From a virus: a DNA stretch of 64,000 nt. The stretch lies in IMG/VR virus record IMGVR_UViG_3300042892_000474, positions 32,001-96,000 of that record. One strand, 5' to 3'. The notes below the pieces were generated by a model. That model was not told the origin of the DNA, did not search any database, and saw nothing but the letters and a program-made list of their open reading frames with translations. This document shows, piece after piece, positions 49,202 through 59,149 of the stretch. The stretch's first letter is position 1. Each line of letters begins with the position of its first letter. A program made the translations under genes and the position numbers.

Positions 49202-50077
49202 ATGAGCAAAAAGAAATACATTGTAGGTTTAGGATGCAGTTGGACGCAAGGCGAAGGCGGCTATCCTGAAGAAATATGGAACCAATACAACGGAAAAGTT
49301 CAACTAAGGGGTGTTCCCGACTTTCATTTACGTAAGTATGAGCATGAAAACAGTTGGGTCAATCAACTGTGTGTGAATCATTTCCCTGAGTATACCCCTA
49401 TGAACTTGGGAGTCCGTGGTATAGGAAATAATGCCGCCGTCAATCAATTACATTTCTGCGACCGCATTGATTGGGACAATAGTGAAGGATATATTATTCT
49501 TATGCTTAGTGGATTTGAACGATTAGACTTCTTTCATCAGTACCCCAAACGAAATGAAAATCAAGACGATGGGTATAGTAACGGTGAATTTGTACATTAC
49601 AAGTGGCGTAGCGCATGGCCTATTGCAGGTGAAGGTGGCGCAGAAGAACCTTTATGGGCGGTATACGGTAAAATGCTATGGAGTGAACAATTTGCCGCAA
49701 ATAATGCATTAATGGCTTTATTGAACTTGCAATCATTTGCTAAGGCGCATGGCTTTAAAGTAGTTGTTGCTAACTCATTCAATCAATCACCGGGTGGATC
49801 AGTCACTAAATATCTACTAGAAAACGCCGGCAATGTGTTTAACAAGTTTGATTGGTCTACGTATTTGCATAATCAAACAAAATACGGTGCATTTGTACAG
49901 CGTTTTGTAGAATTAGACGGACTTATGAACCCTAAGGACTGGGGCGGACATTATGAGTTTTACAGTAAGAGGGCCTGGCCAGCTAAATATTTGACTAACT
50001 GTATTCATCCAACTGTTGAAGGATACAAGTTTATAGCCAAAGAATTGGCCACCTTCATACAGAATAAAAATGTCTAA
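49202..50077 (+). CDS. SGNH-superfamily protein (esterase or O-acyltransferase-like)
   Basis: Block I GCSWTQG, block II NLG..G.GN, C-terminal HP..EGY..IA. Confidence 0.6.
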   Translation: MSKKKYIVGLGCSWTQGEGGYPEEIWNQYNGKVQLRGVPDFHLRKYEHENSWVNQLCVNHFPEYTPMNLGVRGIGNNAAVNQLHFCDRIDWDNSEGYIILMLSGFERLDFFHQYPKRNENQDDGYSNGEFVHYKWRSAWPIAGEGGAEEPLWAVYGKMLWSEQFAANNALMALLNLQSFAKAHGFKVVVANSFNQSPGGSVTKYLLENAGNVFNKFDWSTYLHNQTKYGAFVQRFVELDGLMNPKDWGGHYEFYSKRAWPAKYLTNCIHPTVEGYKFIAKELATFIQNKNV

Positions 50078-51998
50078 AAAGATAATCAGCTTTGTCAGTC
50101 CTAACTTTCAACAGGGTCCTAAGGAATTAAACGCATATTACTTGCCGTATAGTCCGGGAATCCTGTGGAGCTACGTAAATCAGTTCCCTACAATTAATGA
50201 AAACTATGAATTGGGGGAATTTATTTGGCGCCGCGAAGACATAGAAGATGCAGTAGAGATATTAAAAGACAGTGATGTAATTGGCTTCAGTACATATATT
50301 TGGAATCGTAGTTATACTAAAGAATTGGGGAAAGCATTAAAATTAGCTAATCCTAATTTATTCATTATTGGTGGCGGCCCCGAATTCCCTATCGAAAAAG
50401 AAGATATCTTTGAACAATACCCTTTCTTAGATATATGCGTTAAGCTTGAGGGTGAAAAAACATTCCGTGCAGTATTAGAAGAACATTTAAAAGACACCCC
50501 TGACTATAAATCTATTAAAGGTATGCTAGTTAATGACAACGGGGTAGCAGTTAGTACAGGTGATACCGTTCGTATTGATGACTTAGATACGATTCCTAGT
50601 CCTTATCTGACGGGTATATTCGATAAACTAATGAAGAAGCACCCTGAGATTCGTTGGAACGGAACTATCGAAACAAACAGAGGATGCCCCTATGCATGTA
50701 CCTTCTGTGATTGGGGTAGCTTGACATACAATAAAGTAAAGATATTCGAATTAGAAAGAGTATTTGCTGAATTAGAGTGGATGGGTCAGAATCAATTTGA
50801 TTTTATTAGCTTTACCGATGCGAATTTTGGTATCTTTGCAGAGCGTGATAGTTTAATTGCTGATAAATTAATTGCTGTACAAAAAGAATACGGCATGCCA
50901 CGTGCATATACAATTGCCTGGGCGAAGAATCAAAAGAAAGAAGTTGTTGATATCGTTAAGAAATTAATCTATGAAGGTGGAGCCAAGATCGGCTTAAACT
51001 TGTCTGTGCAGACAATGGACGAGAACACATTAGAGATCATCAAACGAACCAACTTAGATACAAACAAGATTGGTGAAGTGTTTGTTATGTGTGAAGAGGC
51101 TAACATCCCGTTGTACACAGAGTTGATTCTAGGACTGCCGGGTGAAACATTAGCAAGTTGGAAAGAAAACTTCTATAGATTGTACAAAGCAGGCAATCAC
51201 ACTGGTATCACTGTATATCAAGCACAACTATTAGAAAACGCTGAAATGAATCTGACTCAGCGTAAGATGTATAAGCTACAAGGTCAAGTTGTTTACGATT
51301 ACTTAGTAGGCTCTAACAACGAAAAGAATCTACGTGAAGGTGTTGAAATTGTGGTAAGCACACGTGACTTACCACTTGACAAGATGCTTCAAGCGCAATT
51401 ACACAGTTGGTATCAAAACACATTTCACATTAACGGCATGACAAACTATATCAGTCGTGTATTGTTTAAATTGCACGGTGTTGAATATAGAGATTTCTAT
51501 GAAAAACTTTATCAATATATAGAAAAAGATCCATGGGTTAACAGTGAGATTCAACGTATTGGTAAACATTATGGGTTATGGGGTGAGAAGGGAATGATAG
51601 ATCACCCATTATTAATGGGTATGCACATTCACGGATGGAACTTAATACATAGTACTATTATCATGTTACACAGTGATAATAAACATAAGCATATTTTTGA
51701 CATTATTGAAAGTTTCTTACTAAAAGAGTATCCATTACCCAAAGACTTACACGATGAGTTAATGCTTATCCAACGTAATTATTTGGTTGACTATACACAA
51801 TGCGGAACATATCCTAAGGTTATTGACTTTAAGTATGATATATTCGGCTATCTACAGAATCAAAATGAATTAGAATCTCCTGCTAGTTATGAGTTTGATT
51901 TCCCTGAGGATAAGACAATGACATTAGAGAAATTTTGTGAACAGATATTCTTTGCAAGACGTAGAAACTTTGGTAAGGCTTGGGTTACTAGAAAATGA
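50070..51998 (+). CDS. cobalamin-dependent radical SAM enzyme
   Basis: B12-binding domain (DVIGFSTYIWN...GGP...EGE), RGCPYACTFC, DANFG, LILGLPGET. Confidence 0.9.
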   Translation: MSKKIISFVSPNFQQGPKELNAYYLPYSPGILWSYVNQFPTINENYELGEFIWRREDIEDAVEILKDSDVIGFSTYIWNRSYTKELGKALKLANPNLFIIGGGPEFPIEKEDIFEQYPFLDICVKLEGEKTFRAVLEEHLKDTPDYKSIKGMLVNDNGVAVSTGDTVRIDDLDTIPSPYLTGIFDKLMKKHPEIRWNGTIETNRGCPYACTFCDWGSLTYNKVKIFELERVFAELEWMGQNQFDFISFTDANFGIFAERDSLIADKLIAVQKEYGMPRAYTIAWAKNQKKEVVDIVKKLIYEGGAKIGLNLSVQTMDENTLEIIKRTNLDTNKIGEVFVMCEEANIPLYTELILGLPGETLASWKENFYRLYKAGNHTGITVYQAQLLENAEMNLTQRKMYKLQGQVVYDYLVGSNNEKNLREGVEIVVSTRDLPLDKMLQAQLHSWYQNTFHINGMTNYISRVLFKLHGVEYRDFYEKLYQYIEKDPWVNSEIQRIGKHYGLWGEKGMIDHPLLMGMHIHGWNLIHSTIIMLHSDNKHKHIFDIIESFLLKEYPLPKDLHDELMLIQRNYLVDYTQCGTYPKVIDFKYDIFGYLQNQNELESPASYEFDFPEDKTMTLEKFCEQIFFARRRNFGKAWVTRK

Positions 51999-54040
51999 AA
52001 ACAGTTTATGTAAGTCAGTTAGACGACCCCACACTAGATGATTTTATCAACGTTGTTTCTAATGAGAAACCAAACATAATTATATTACTATGTGAAACTG
52101 AATGGCATTCACGTGAGTTAACCATTGACATGGCTAACCTATTGAATGATAACAATATTAAACTAATAGTTACAGTTGGTGCATTTATTAGCGATTACTA
52201 TGTTGAACAAACAAAATATTTTAACAATATAGAAATAATCCACTGGCACACATACTGGATTCATTGGGCGGTGCAATGTAGCAATCAGTTAGATTTCAAT
52301 AGAACATATACCGATTTTAAATATCCTTATATTTGTTTGAATAATAAGAATTGGATTCATCGTTGTATGTTAGTAGATGAGTTAACTGGTCAGGGTTTAC
52401 TAGATAAAGGTATTGTAACCTGGAATAGATTTCCTGCAAGAAATCCTAGCTTATATCAATTCAAACACTATAATGATGAGGTCAGATTAATATCAGACGA
52501 CTTTGAAACTAAACTAGATTCATTTTTGATTCCTGATGAATATCATCAATCATTTTTACATGTAATAGGTGAGGCTACTACAACAGTGCCTTTTATTACT
52601 GAGAAGACTTGCTTACCTATATTGTTTAAAAAGCCGTTTGTCATAATGGCTGATCAGTATTTTCATCAAAAGTTAGTAAACATGGGTTTTGAGTTATATG
52701 ATGAGATTATAGATTACAGTTTCGACAGTGAGCCCGACATGCTTAAACGTGCTGAGGCTATTGCAGTAAACGTTAAACGTATATCAGAACAGAATACTAC
52801 TGAGTTATATCAAAGAATTAAAGCCAAAGCTGAACGCAATTATAATAATTATATGCGTATATTCAAAGACATTAACACTATTCCCGAGATTATCAAAGAC
52901 CGTATATACGCAATAAACAACGGCTTAGTAACAAAACAAAATGCAACAGATGGTAGATATGTTCACATGTGTCATTTAATGGTTAACCGTCATAAGATTA
53001 TACATTTTGATATATGGGACAGTCAACTAGTAGAAAAAATCAACAATTTTATAAACGACAGGGGACGAATATCCAAGATAATATTCAACAGTGCAATAGA
53101 GTTTGAGTACAATAAAGCCGCCGGATCTATAACATTGTTTAATGAGCTAGTAGAGTTTGCTAAACTTTATAACATTGAGTTTCATCTTATAACCGGTATT
53201 AATAAACATAATACAATATCTATATCTGATTACGTGAAAATTTACTATTGGCCAACCTTTTGGCTTACAATGGCATTGAGTAGACTTTTAGTAAGTCCTA
53301 ACTATCAAATGAATAATAGTATATGTTTAGATGTAGAGGATGTGCATGTGTCTAGAAATATTCCTATCAAATATCCTTTTATTAGCATGAATAAAGCACC
53401 TAAGATTCATAGAGCTATAATGATGGATATGTTAGCTAAACATGATGTAATTGACAAGGGTGTAGTAATCTGGCGTGAGACTACTGAATCTTATCCATTT
53501 AAGTATTGGAACCAAGAGATTATGTTGCGTGACCAGTTAGATAGATTTGTAAGTCAAGAAAGATTACCATTAGAATATGCAATGTCTTTCATGCAATTGG
53601 TTCCAGAAACTAGTGAAATATTATTTGGTCTTTCAGAAAAAACAGCAATGCCGTTGTTCTTTAATAAGCCGTTTTTAGTAGCGGGTTGTATGGGTTTCCA
53701 TAAACAATTACAAGAATTAGGATTTAAATTATACGATGAATTGTTTGATTATACGTTTGATAGTGAACCTGACATTGATATTAGGTATGACTTAATAGCA
53801 CAGAATATCAATCGTTACACTGATAAAACTCCGGGGCAGTTAAAAGAACTATATAATAGTGTATTTGAAAAGTGTGTGTACAATAAGAAAATAGCTTTGA
53901 AACTAGCTACACAATCATCATTGATTCCCACAGTGTGGCAAGACTTAGTTAATCATGTTGTTATCAATAAGTATCCAGATTATTCAGATGACATAAACAA
54001 CTTTATTAGAAACAATGAACATAGATTTAAAGAAATATAA
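51995..54040 (+). CDS. tandem double 'ET...TEK' putative glycosyltransferase
   Basis: Two homologous halves: YP.I..N...IHR...[TS]EKT..P..F.KPF...GF.LYDE..DY.FDSEPD occurs twice. Confidence 0.55.
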   Translation: MKTVYVSQLDDPTLDDFINVVSNEKPNIIILLCETEWHSRELTIDMANLLNDNNIKLIVTVGAFISDYYVEQTKYFNNIEIIHWHTYWIHWAVQCSNQLDFNRTYTDFKYPYICLNNKNWIHRCMLVDELTGQGLLDKGIVTWNRFPARNPSLYQFKHYNDEVRLISDDFETKLDSFLIPDEYHQSFLHVIGEATTTVPFITEKTCLPILFKKPFVIMADQYFHQKLVNMGFELYDEIIDYSFDSEPDMLKRAEAIAVNVKRISEQNTTELYQRIKAKAERNYNNYMRIFKDINTIPEIIKDRIYAINNGLVTKQNATDGRYVHMCHLMVNRHKIIHFDIWDSQLVEKINNFINDRGRISKIIFNSAIEFEYNKAAGSITLFNELVEFAKLYNIEFHLITGINKHNTISISDYVKIYYWPTFWLTMALSRLLVSPNYQMNNSICLDVEDVHVSRNIPIKYPFISMNKAPKIHRAIMMDMLAKHDVIDKGVVIWRETTESYPFKYWNQEIMLRDQLDRFVSQERLPLEYAMSFMQLVPETSEILFGLSEKTAMPLFFNKPFLVAGCMGFHKQLQELGFKLYDELFDYTFDSEPDIDIRYDLIAQNINRYTDKTPGQLKELYNSVFEKCVYNKKIALKLATQSSLIPTVWQDLVNHVVINKYPDYSDDINNFIRNNEHRFKEI

Positions 54041-54806
54041 GCGTATATTTGCATTTGGATGTAGTTTTACATTCTACAAGTGGCAAACTTGGGCAGACTT
54101 AATAGCAGTAGAAACAAAAGCAGAGTATTATAATTATGCTATTGCAGGGTTAGGTAATATGGGTATAATGGCTAGAGTTGCCGAAGCCAATGCCAAATAT
54201 AAATTCAATGATACTGATCTAGTAATGATAATGTGGTCTACATTCAGCAGAGAAGATAGATGGATTAATACCGGTTGGTTTACTCAAGGTAATGTATGGA
54301 ATTCAGAATACCCTAAGAGTTGGGTAAAAGATTATTGTGATCCTGCAGGCTATATGATTCGTGACCATGCTATAATTAACTTAGTTAATAAGTCATTAGC
54401 ACAAAGTAACTGTGGTACAATATTGTTGAAAAGTATTCCATTTAAGTATACTGAATATGGTAGTGTTGACAACGAACATGTAACAAACACCTTGTCTTCA
54501 TTATATCAAAAAGAGTATGATGACATGCCAATATCATTATATGACTTTTTAGGACAAAACTGGTCTACAGATCCAGTGCCATATATAACGTTTGCCGGCC
54601 ATATGCAAAGGGATCCTCACTCTAAACCAACATTATATTATGATTACTTAAAAGCATGTGGGTTAGAATTGAGTAAAACAACACATGAGTATGCCTTAGA
54701 AGCTACACACTTGTTAACTCAGTGCAAAACTGAACAAGATATCCAACAAAAGTTTGGAACCCCATTACAATGTTTAATCAGTAAAGATTTCACATTTTTA
54801 CTATGA
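54015..54806 (+). CDS. SGNH-superfamily protein
   Basis: FGCSFT, NYAIAGLGN, WS...RED, C-terminal DPH. Confidence 0.55.
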   Translation: MNIDLKKYKRIFAFGCSFTFYKWQTWADLIAVETKAEYYNYAIAGLGNMGIMARVAEANAKYKFNDTDLVMIMWSTFSREDRWINTGWFTQGNVWNSEYPKSWVKDYCDPAGYMIRDHAIINLVNKSLAQSNCGTILLKSIPFKYTEYGSVDNEHVTNTLSSLYQKEYDDMPISLYDFLGQNWSTDPVPYITFAGHMQRDPHSKPTLYYDYLKACGLELSKTTHEYALEATHLLTQCKTEQDIQQKFGTPLQCLISKDFTFLL

Positions 54807-55867
54807 AATACCTTTATGTACGCATTGCTCCTTACTTAGGAAAAACCGTCAGCCTTGAAGGCTTAGTTCAGGAAATTAATAATACCGTAACGTTATATTA
54901 TGAACCCGGCGATGAGATAATGTTTACTGCTATAGTTGAAAAATTAAGCACATTTGACAAAAGTTTTTTTGATTCAATATTAGATAACGCGGGAGCTTAC
55001 GCACAATCGATAAACATACCACATCATTATCTATTGCATGATACCGCAAGAGAATTGACTAAAGATAGAAAAAATGTCTATTATATAAACACTTGGGCTT
55101 ACATTACGTATAAGCACAGTGTAACTAGACATAGAAATAAATGGTATCCAGAAAGTAAAAAAGCATTATTTTTAATAGGGAAACCTGTTAGACGCCATAG
55201 GATAGGTTTGATGTATTACTTCTACGCTAATAATCTATTAGAGTACTTAGACTACTCATTATACTTTCCCCCAACACCAAACAATATAAATGCTATAAAA
55301 AATGCAGACATACATTATCTACAGGATGAACAGTATATTATCAAGTTTTTAATAGACATACAAAAGCCTAGTATGGACATTGATATTTCAAAATGTTATG
55401 ATACCAATGTATTTGAATATACTGGTTTTCCAACTAACCTTAAATATTATAAAAATACTTGTCTAAGCATTGTCAGTGAAAATTCAGTTGAATTAACACC
55501 TAATCCAATGGGCAAAATCGATATGCCTTACTTGACAGAAAAACTATATAGAGCAATGATCAATCACCATCCCTTTATAATTGTAGGGGATATAGGAATT
55601 GATGAACATCTAACCCAATTGGGGTACAAGACATTTAACAAGTTTTTTCTACCGCCGGCCACTGAGATTGATCTGATATTAAATTGGACAGCAAAAAGTG
55701 TCAAACACTTTATAGATAATTTAGACAAGAACGTAGATGAAATAAGAGAAATGGTAACACATAATTACAATCATTACATGCAACAATCTGTTAATGAAAT
55801 AGAATATTTAAAGAAAATGTTGCCCTCTATAGAGTTAGAACACGTTGACCTATTAGGTAAATTGTAA
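54803..55867 (+). CDS. putative GT-B glycosyltransferase ('ET...TEK' family)
   Basis: GKPVRRHR and SIVSEN...YLTEKLYRA...HPF...GYKTF. Confidence 0.5.
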   Translation: MKYLYVRIAPYLGKTVSLEGLVQEINNTVTLYYEPGDEIMFTAIVEKLSTFDKSFFDSILDNAGAYAQSINIPHHYLLHDTARELTKDRKNVYYINTWAYITYKHSVTRHRNKWYPESKKALFLIGKPVRRHRIGLMYYFYANNLLEYLDYSLYFPPTPNNINAIKNADIHYLQDEQYIIKFLIDIQKPSMDIDISKCYDTNVFEYTGFPTNLKYYKNTCLSIVSENSVELTPNPMGKIDMPYLTEKLYRAMINHHPFIIVGDIGIDEHLTQLGYKTFNKFFLPPATEIDLILNWTAKSVKHFIDNLDKNVDEIREMVTHNYNHYMQQSVNEIEYLKKMLPSIELEHVDLLGKL

Positions 55868-55893
55868 TAAATTTAAATGACTGTACCTAAACA

Positions 55894-55901
55894 AATAAAT
55901 A
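55894..55901 (+). promoter_or_regulatory. late-promoter-like motif AATAAATA
   Basis: Intergenic; upstream of GAGGT RBS and ATG 55924; sits in the loop of a TACCTAA/TTAGGTA inverted repeat. Confidence 0.45.
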
Positions 55902-55923
55902 TTAGGTATACATGAGGTATTAA

Positions 55924-58900
55924 ATGAAAAAAGTAGCAATGATTGGTGTAGGTAAATTGGGTCAAGACTGTGCAGAGGTTATGGCTGACGCAGGGTATGA
56001 CGTTGTAGGATATGACGTAGAGCCTAGACTTCCAATGTTCCCTATGAAGGATACAATTGAAGAAGCAGTTAAGGATAGAGACTTTATTTTTATAGCAGCT
56101 CCTACTCCACACAATCCAATTTACGGGGGAGAAACTCCAACAAGTCATCTCCCCAACAAAGATTTTGATTACACTATCGTTACTGATATTCTTACAGAGG
56201 TCAATAGACACGTTACTAGAAGTCAATTAGTTGTTCTTATCAGTACAGTGCTACCCGGAACAGTTCGAAACATCCTAGAGCCTTGTATCACTAACGCAAG
56301 ATTCATTTACAACCCTTACCTTATTGCTATGGGTACCGTAAAATGGGACATGGTAAATCCAGAAATGGTAATTATCGGTACAGAAGATGGTAGCCTAACA
56401 GGTGATGCTAGTGAACTAATTGACTTCTATAAAGTGTTTATGCAGAATGATCCACGCTATGAAGTTGGCACATGGGACGAAGCTGAGTCAATTAAGATTT
56501 TCTACAATACATTCATCAGTACCAAACTAGCATTAGTTAACATGGTTCAGGATGTTGCAGAGACTAACGGCAACATCAACGTAGATGTAGTTACACAAGC
56601 ATTGGCTAAGAGCACACATCGCATCATGGGTCCAGCATACATGAAAGCCGGACTAGGAGACGCCGGCGCGTGTCACCCACGGGATAACATTGCATTACGT
56701 TATCTAGCAGACAGATTAGATTTGGGTTATGACTTGTTTGATTCAATCATGACCGCACGTGAAGTACAAGCTGAACGTATGGCCTTGCGTTGCTTAAAGA
56801 ATGGCCGTAATGTAACAATCATCGGTAAAGCATACAAGCCATGTGTCCCCTATACAAACGGTAGTGCAAGTATGTTAGTGGGGTACTACATTGAAAAACA
56901 TGGTGGTAACTTAAACTACTACGATCCAAATACTGAGGATCATGACATGCGTGAAGACTGGACTCATGTGTATCTAATTGGATATTGGGAGAGTTGGGTT
57001 GAGAATTTAAAGTTTAAAGATCCGGGCGCTGTGATTATTGATCCATGGCGCATGATGACTAGTCATCAACATAGTGGTGAAATTATACATTACGGTGATA
57101 CTAGAACAAAGCACAATTACCGTGTTCCTTCTACTACAACTGAAACAATGTTACGTCAAGTGTTTGAAATGTTTCCAGACATTAAGGACTATGAAAATGC
57201 TATTCATTTGATTGACGCTACAATTAATTTTGAAACAATGTTTGTACGTAGACCTACAGAAGATATTGTTAAGGAAATGCGTGAAGCTCATAAGAATGGT
57301 AAGTCAAAGTTCTTGTTCTTTGCGGCTACTGAAGCATTTATGCCACATGTTCAAAGTAAGATACAACGTATTGCTAACATTGTTGATGATACTATTTCGG
57401 AAGAAGACATCATTGTAGTCACTGGTGTCGTTGATGCTGATAAAGTATATGAAAAATTAATTGATAAGAATGGTTGGAACAAACGTGTTTCATTGTTAAA
57501 TTGTCATTTCTTCAACTACATTACTACGACATATGCTCAAGGATATGAATACATTGGTGGGTATGATATTAGATTTAGGGGTAAAATATTCACATGTTTT
57601 AATAAACTAAATCGTGAGCATAGATTAATGCTACTTGAAAGAATGTTGCATGAAAATTTAGTTGATAAAGCCTGGTACAGCTTTGAGGGTGACACTGACT
57701 TTAAAGAAAAGATTCCGTTATTACGTACTCAAAAGTTTCCATTAATTAAACAAAATGCAGAACTATTTCCATTGCGATTGAATATCACAGAACATAGACA
57801 CAATCCAGTGGACATTCAACCCGATGATTTGCAATACTATAAAGACAGTTATTTCAGTGTAATCACTGAAACATTGTTCTATGATAAGAATCGTCCGGAT
57901 CAAGCGCATCGTCCTTTTGTTGAAGATAGCTTGTTTTTAACTGAAAAAACATATCGTTGCTTTGCATTAAATCACCCGTTCGTATTAATGGCTAGACCAC
58001 ATTGCTTGCGTGAATTACGTAAACAAGGGTATAAAACATTTAGTCCATACATTGATGAATCATATGATGACATTCAAAATGATGACCTGCGTTTTGAAGC
58101 AGTTGTTAAAGAAATTAAACGACTAAATAACTTTACAGGTGGCGATTGGGAAGTATGGCAAGCTGGTATAAAAGAAATTGTTGAATTCAATCAACAACAT
58201 TTCCATACTAATAAGGATTTTGCAATCACTAAAAATTATCAACAATTGTTTAATAATGTTGTTATTACTAAGCCAGTTGTTCACGTAGCTCAAAAAGTGC
58301 AAACAATAACATATCCAATTGATCAGCCTATTATTAAGCCAGAACCGTTGTCTGTAATCATACCTGTACAGGATATGCCTGCACCCAATTTGAATCTTGA
58401 TTCGGTTAGGTCTTTTCCGATGCCGGCCGAATCAAATCCCGATCAATTAGATTGGTCTAAACAAACTCGCAGTTTTGAAAATGGTTTCGTGCTAGAATAT
58501 CCTACGCACATGGATGGCGGCGGCTTTGAAATCAAAGATGAGTTATATTCATTGATTGAACGAATCGGAAAAGAACATTACGGACGTGCGTTAGATTGGT
58601 GTTCAGGAGTGGGCCCATTAGGCTATGATCTCCTAGACAAAAACAAAGTTGATACTATAGCATTTGTTGATATACACGGACCTTCTATAAAGTCTTGTTT
58701 ATCTAATGCATCTGCTAACAAAATGACTGACCGAGTTAGTGCATATGTATGTGATAACATAATGCAAATACCTTCTGCGGAAAAATTTGACTTAGTTATA
58801 GCAAATCCCCCGCATAGTGGTGACAGGCAAGCTTTTATTGAATCGCTTGAACACTTAAACTGCTTAGATAATACATGTAGGTTAATAGTTGATGATGGGT

Positions 58901-59088
58901 ATGAAGCACTGCAGGATTTCTATGAAAATATTAAAAAGTACCTAAATCCAGGTGCCGATATTTTCATCACTACCGGCGCCAACCAAGAACATTACATTGC
59001 GTGGGCTACAAGCGGTGGGTTGAAGTTTAAGGGTTTTTGCCCAATGGCAGATAACCCCAATAGTGGCATATACCATTATACTGTATAA
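55924..59088 (+). CDS. three-domain fusion: UDP-glucose/GDP-mannose 6-dehydrogenase + 'ET...TEK' GT-like domain + class I SAM methyltransferase
   Basis: GVGKLG, AESIKIFYN, G.AGACHPRD, AYKP (aa ~1-395); N..HR and SVITET...TEK...DESYD (aa ~400-775); DWCSGVG and VIANPPH (aa ~845-1054). Confidence 0.85.
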   Translation: MKKVAMIGVGKLGQDCAEVMADAGYDVVGYDVEPRLPMFPMKDTIEEAVKDRDFIFIAAPTPHNPIYGGETPTSHLPNKDFDYTIVTDILTEVNRHVTRSQLVVLISTVLPGTVRNILEPCITNARFIYNPYLIAMGTVKWDMVNPEMVIIGTEDGSLTGDASELIDFYKVFMQNDPRYEVGTWDEAESIKIFYNTFISTKLALVNMVQDVAETNGNINVDVVTQALAKSTHRIMGPAYMKAGLGDAGACHPRDNIALRYLADRLDLGYDLFDSIMTAREVQAERMALRCLKNGRNVTIIGKAYKPCVPYTNGSASMLVGYYIEKHGGNLNYYDPNTEDHDMREDWTHVYLIGYWESWVENLKFKDPGAVIIDPWRMMTSHQHSGEIIHYGDTRTKHNYRVPSTTTETMLRQVFEMFPDIKDYENAIHLIDATINFETMFVRRPTEDIVKEMREAHKNGKSKFLFFAATEAFMPHVQSKIQRIANIVDDTISEEDIIVVTGVVDADKVYEKLIDKNGWNKRVSLLNCHFFNYITTTYAQGYEYIGGYDIRFRGKIFTCFNKLNREHRLMLLERMLHENLVDKAWYSFEGDTDFKEKIPLLRTQKFPLIKQNAELFPLRLNITEHRHNPVDIQPDDLQYYKDSYFSVITETLFYDKNRPDQAHRPFVEDSLFLTEKTYRCFALNHPFVLMARPHCLRELRKQGYKTFSPYIDESYDDIQNDDLRFEAVVKEIKRLNNFTGGDWEVWQAGIKEIVEFNQQHFHTNKDFAITKNYQQLFNNVVITKPVVHVAQKVQTITYPIDQPIIKPEPLSVIIPVQDMPAPNLNLDSVRSFPMPAESNPDQLDWSKQTRSFENGFVLEYPTHMDGGGFEIKDELYSLIERIGKEHYGRALDWCSGVGPLGYDLLDKNKVDTIAFVDIHGPSIKSCLSNASANKMTDRVSAYVCDNIMQIPSAEKFDLVIANPPHSGDRQAFIESLEHLNCLDNTCRLIVDDGYEALQDFYENIKKYLNPGADIFITTGANQEHYIAWATSGGLKFKGFCPMADNPNSGIYHYTV

Positions 59089-59100
59089 TGTCCATATGTG

Positions 59101-59129
59101 TTGTACTACTTGTAACAGAGTAGTATAAT
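59101..59129 (+). promoter_or_regulatory. sigma70-type promoter
   Basis: TTGTAC-N17-TATAAT followed by AGGAG and a TTG start at 59150. Confidence 0.7.
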
Positions 59130-59149
59130 ATAGAAAATAGGAGCACATT

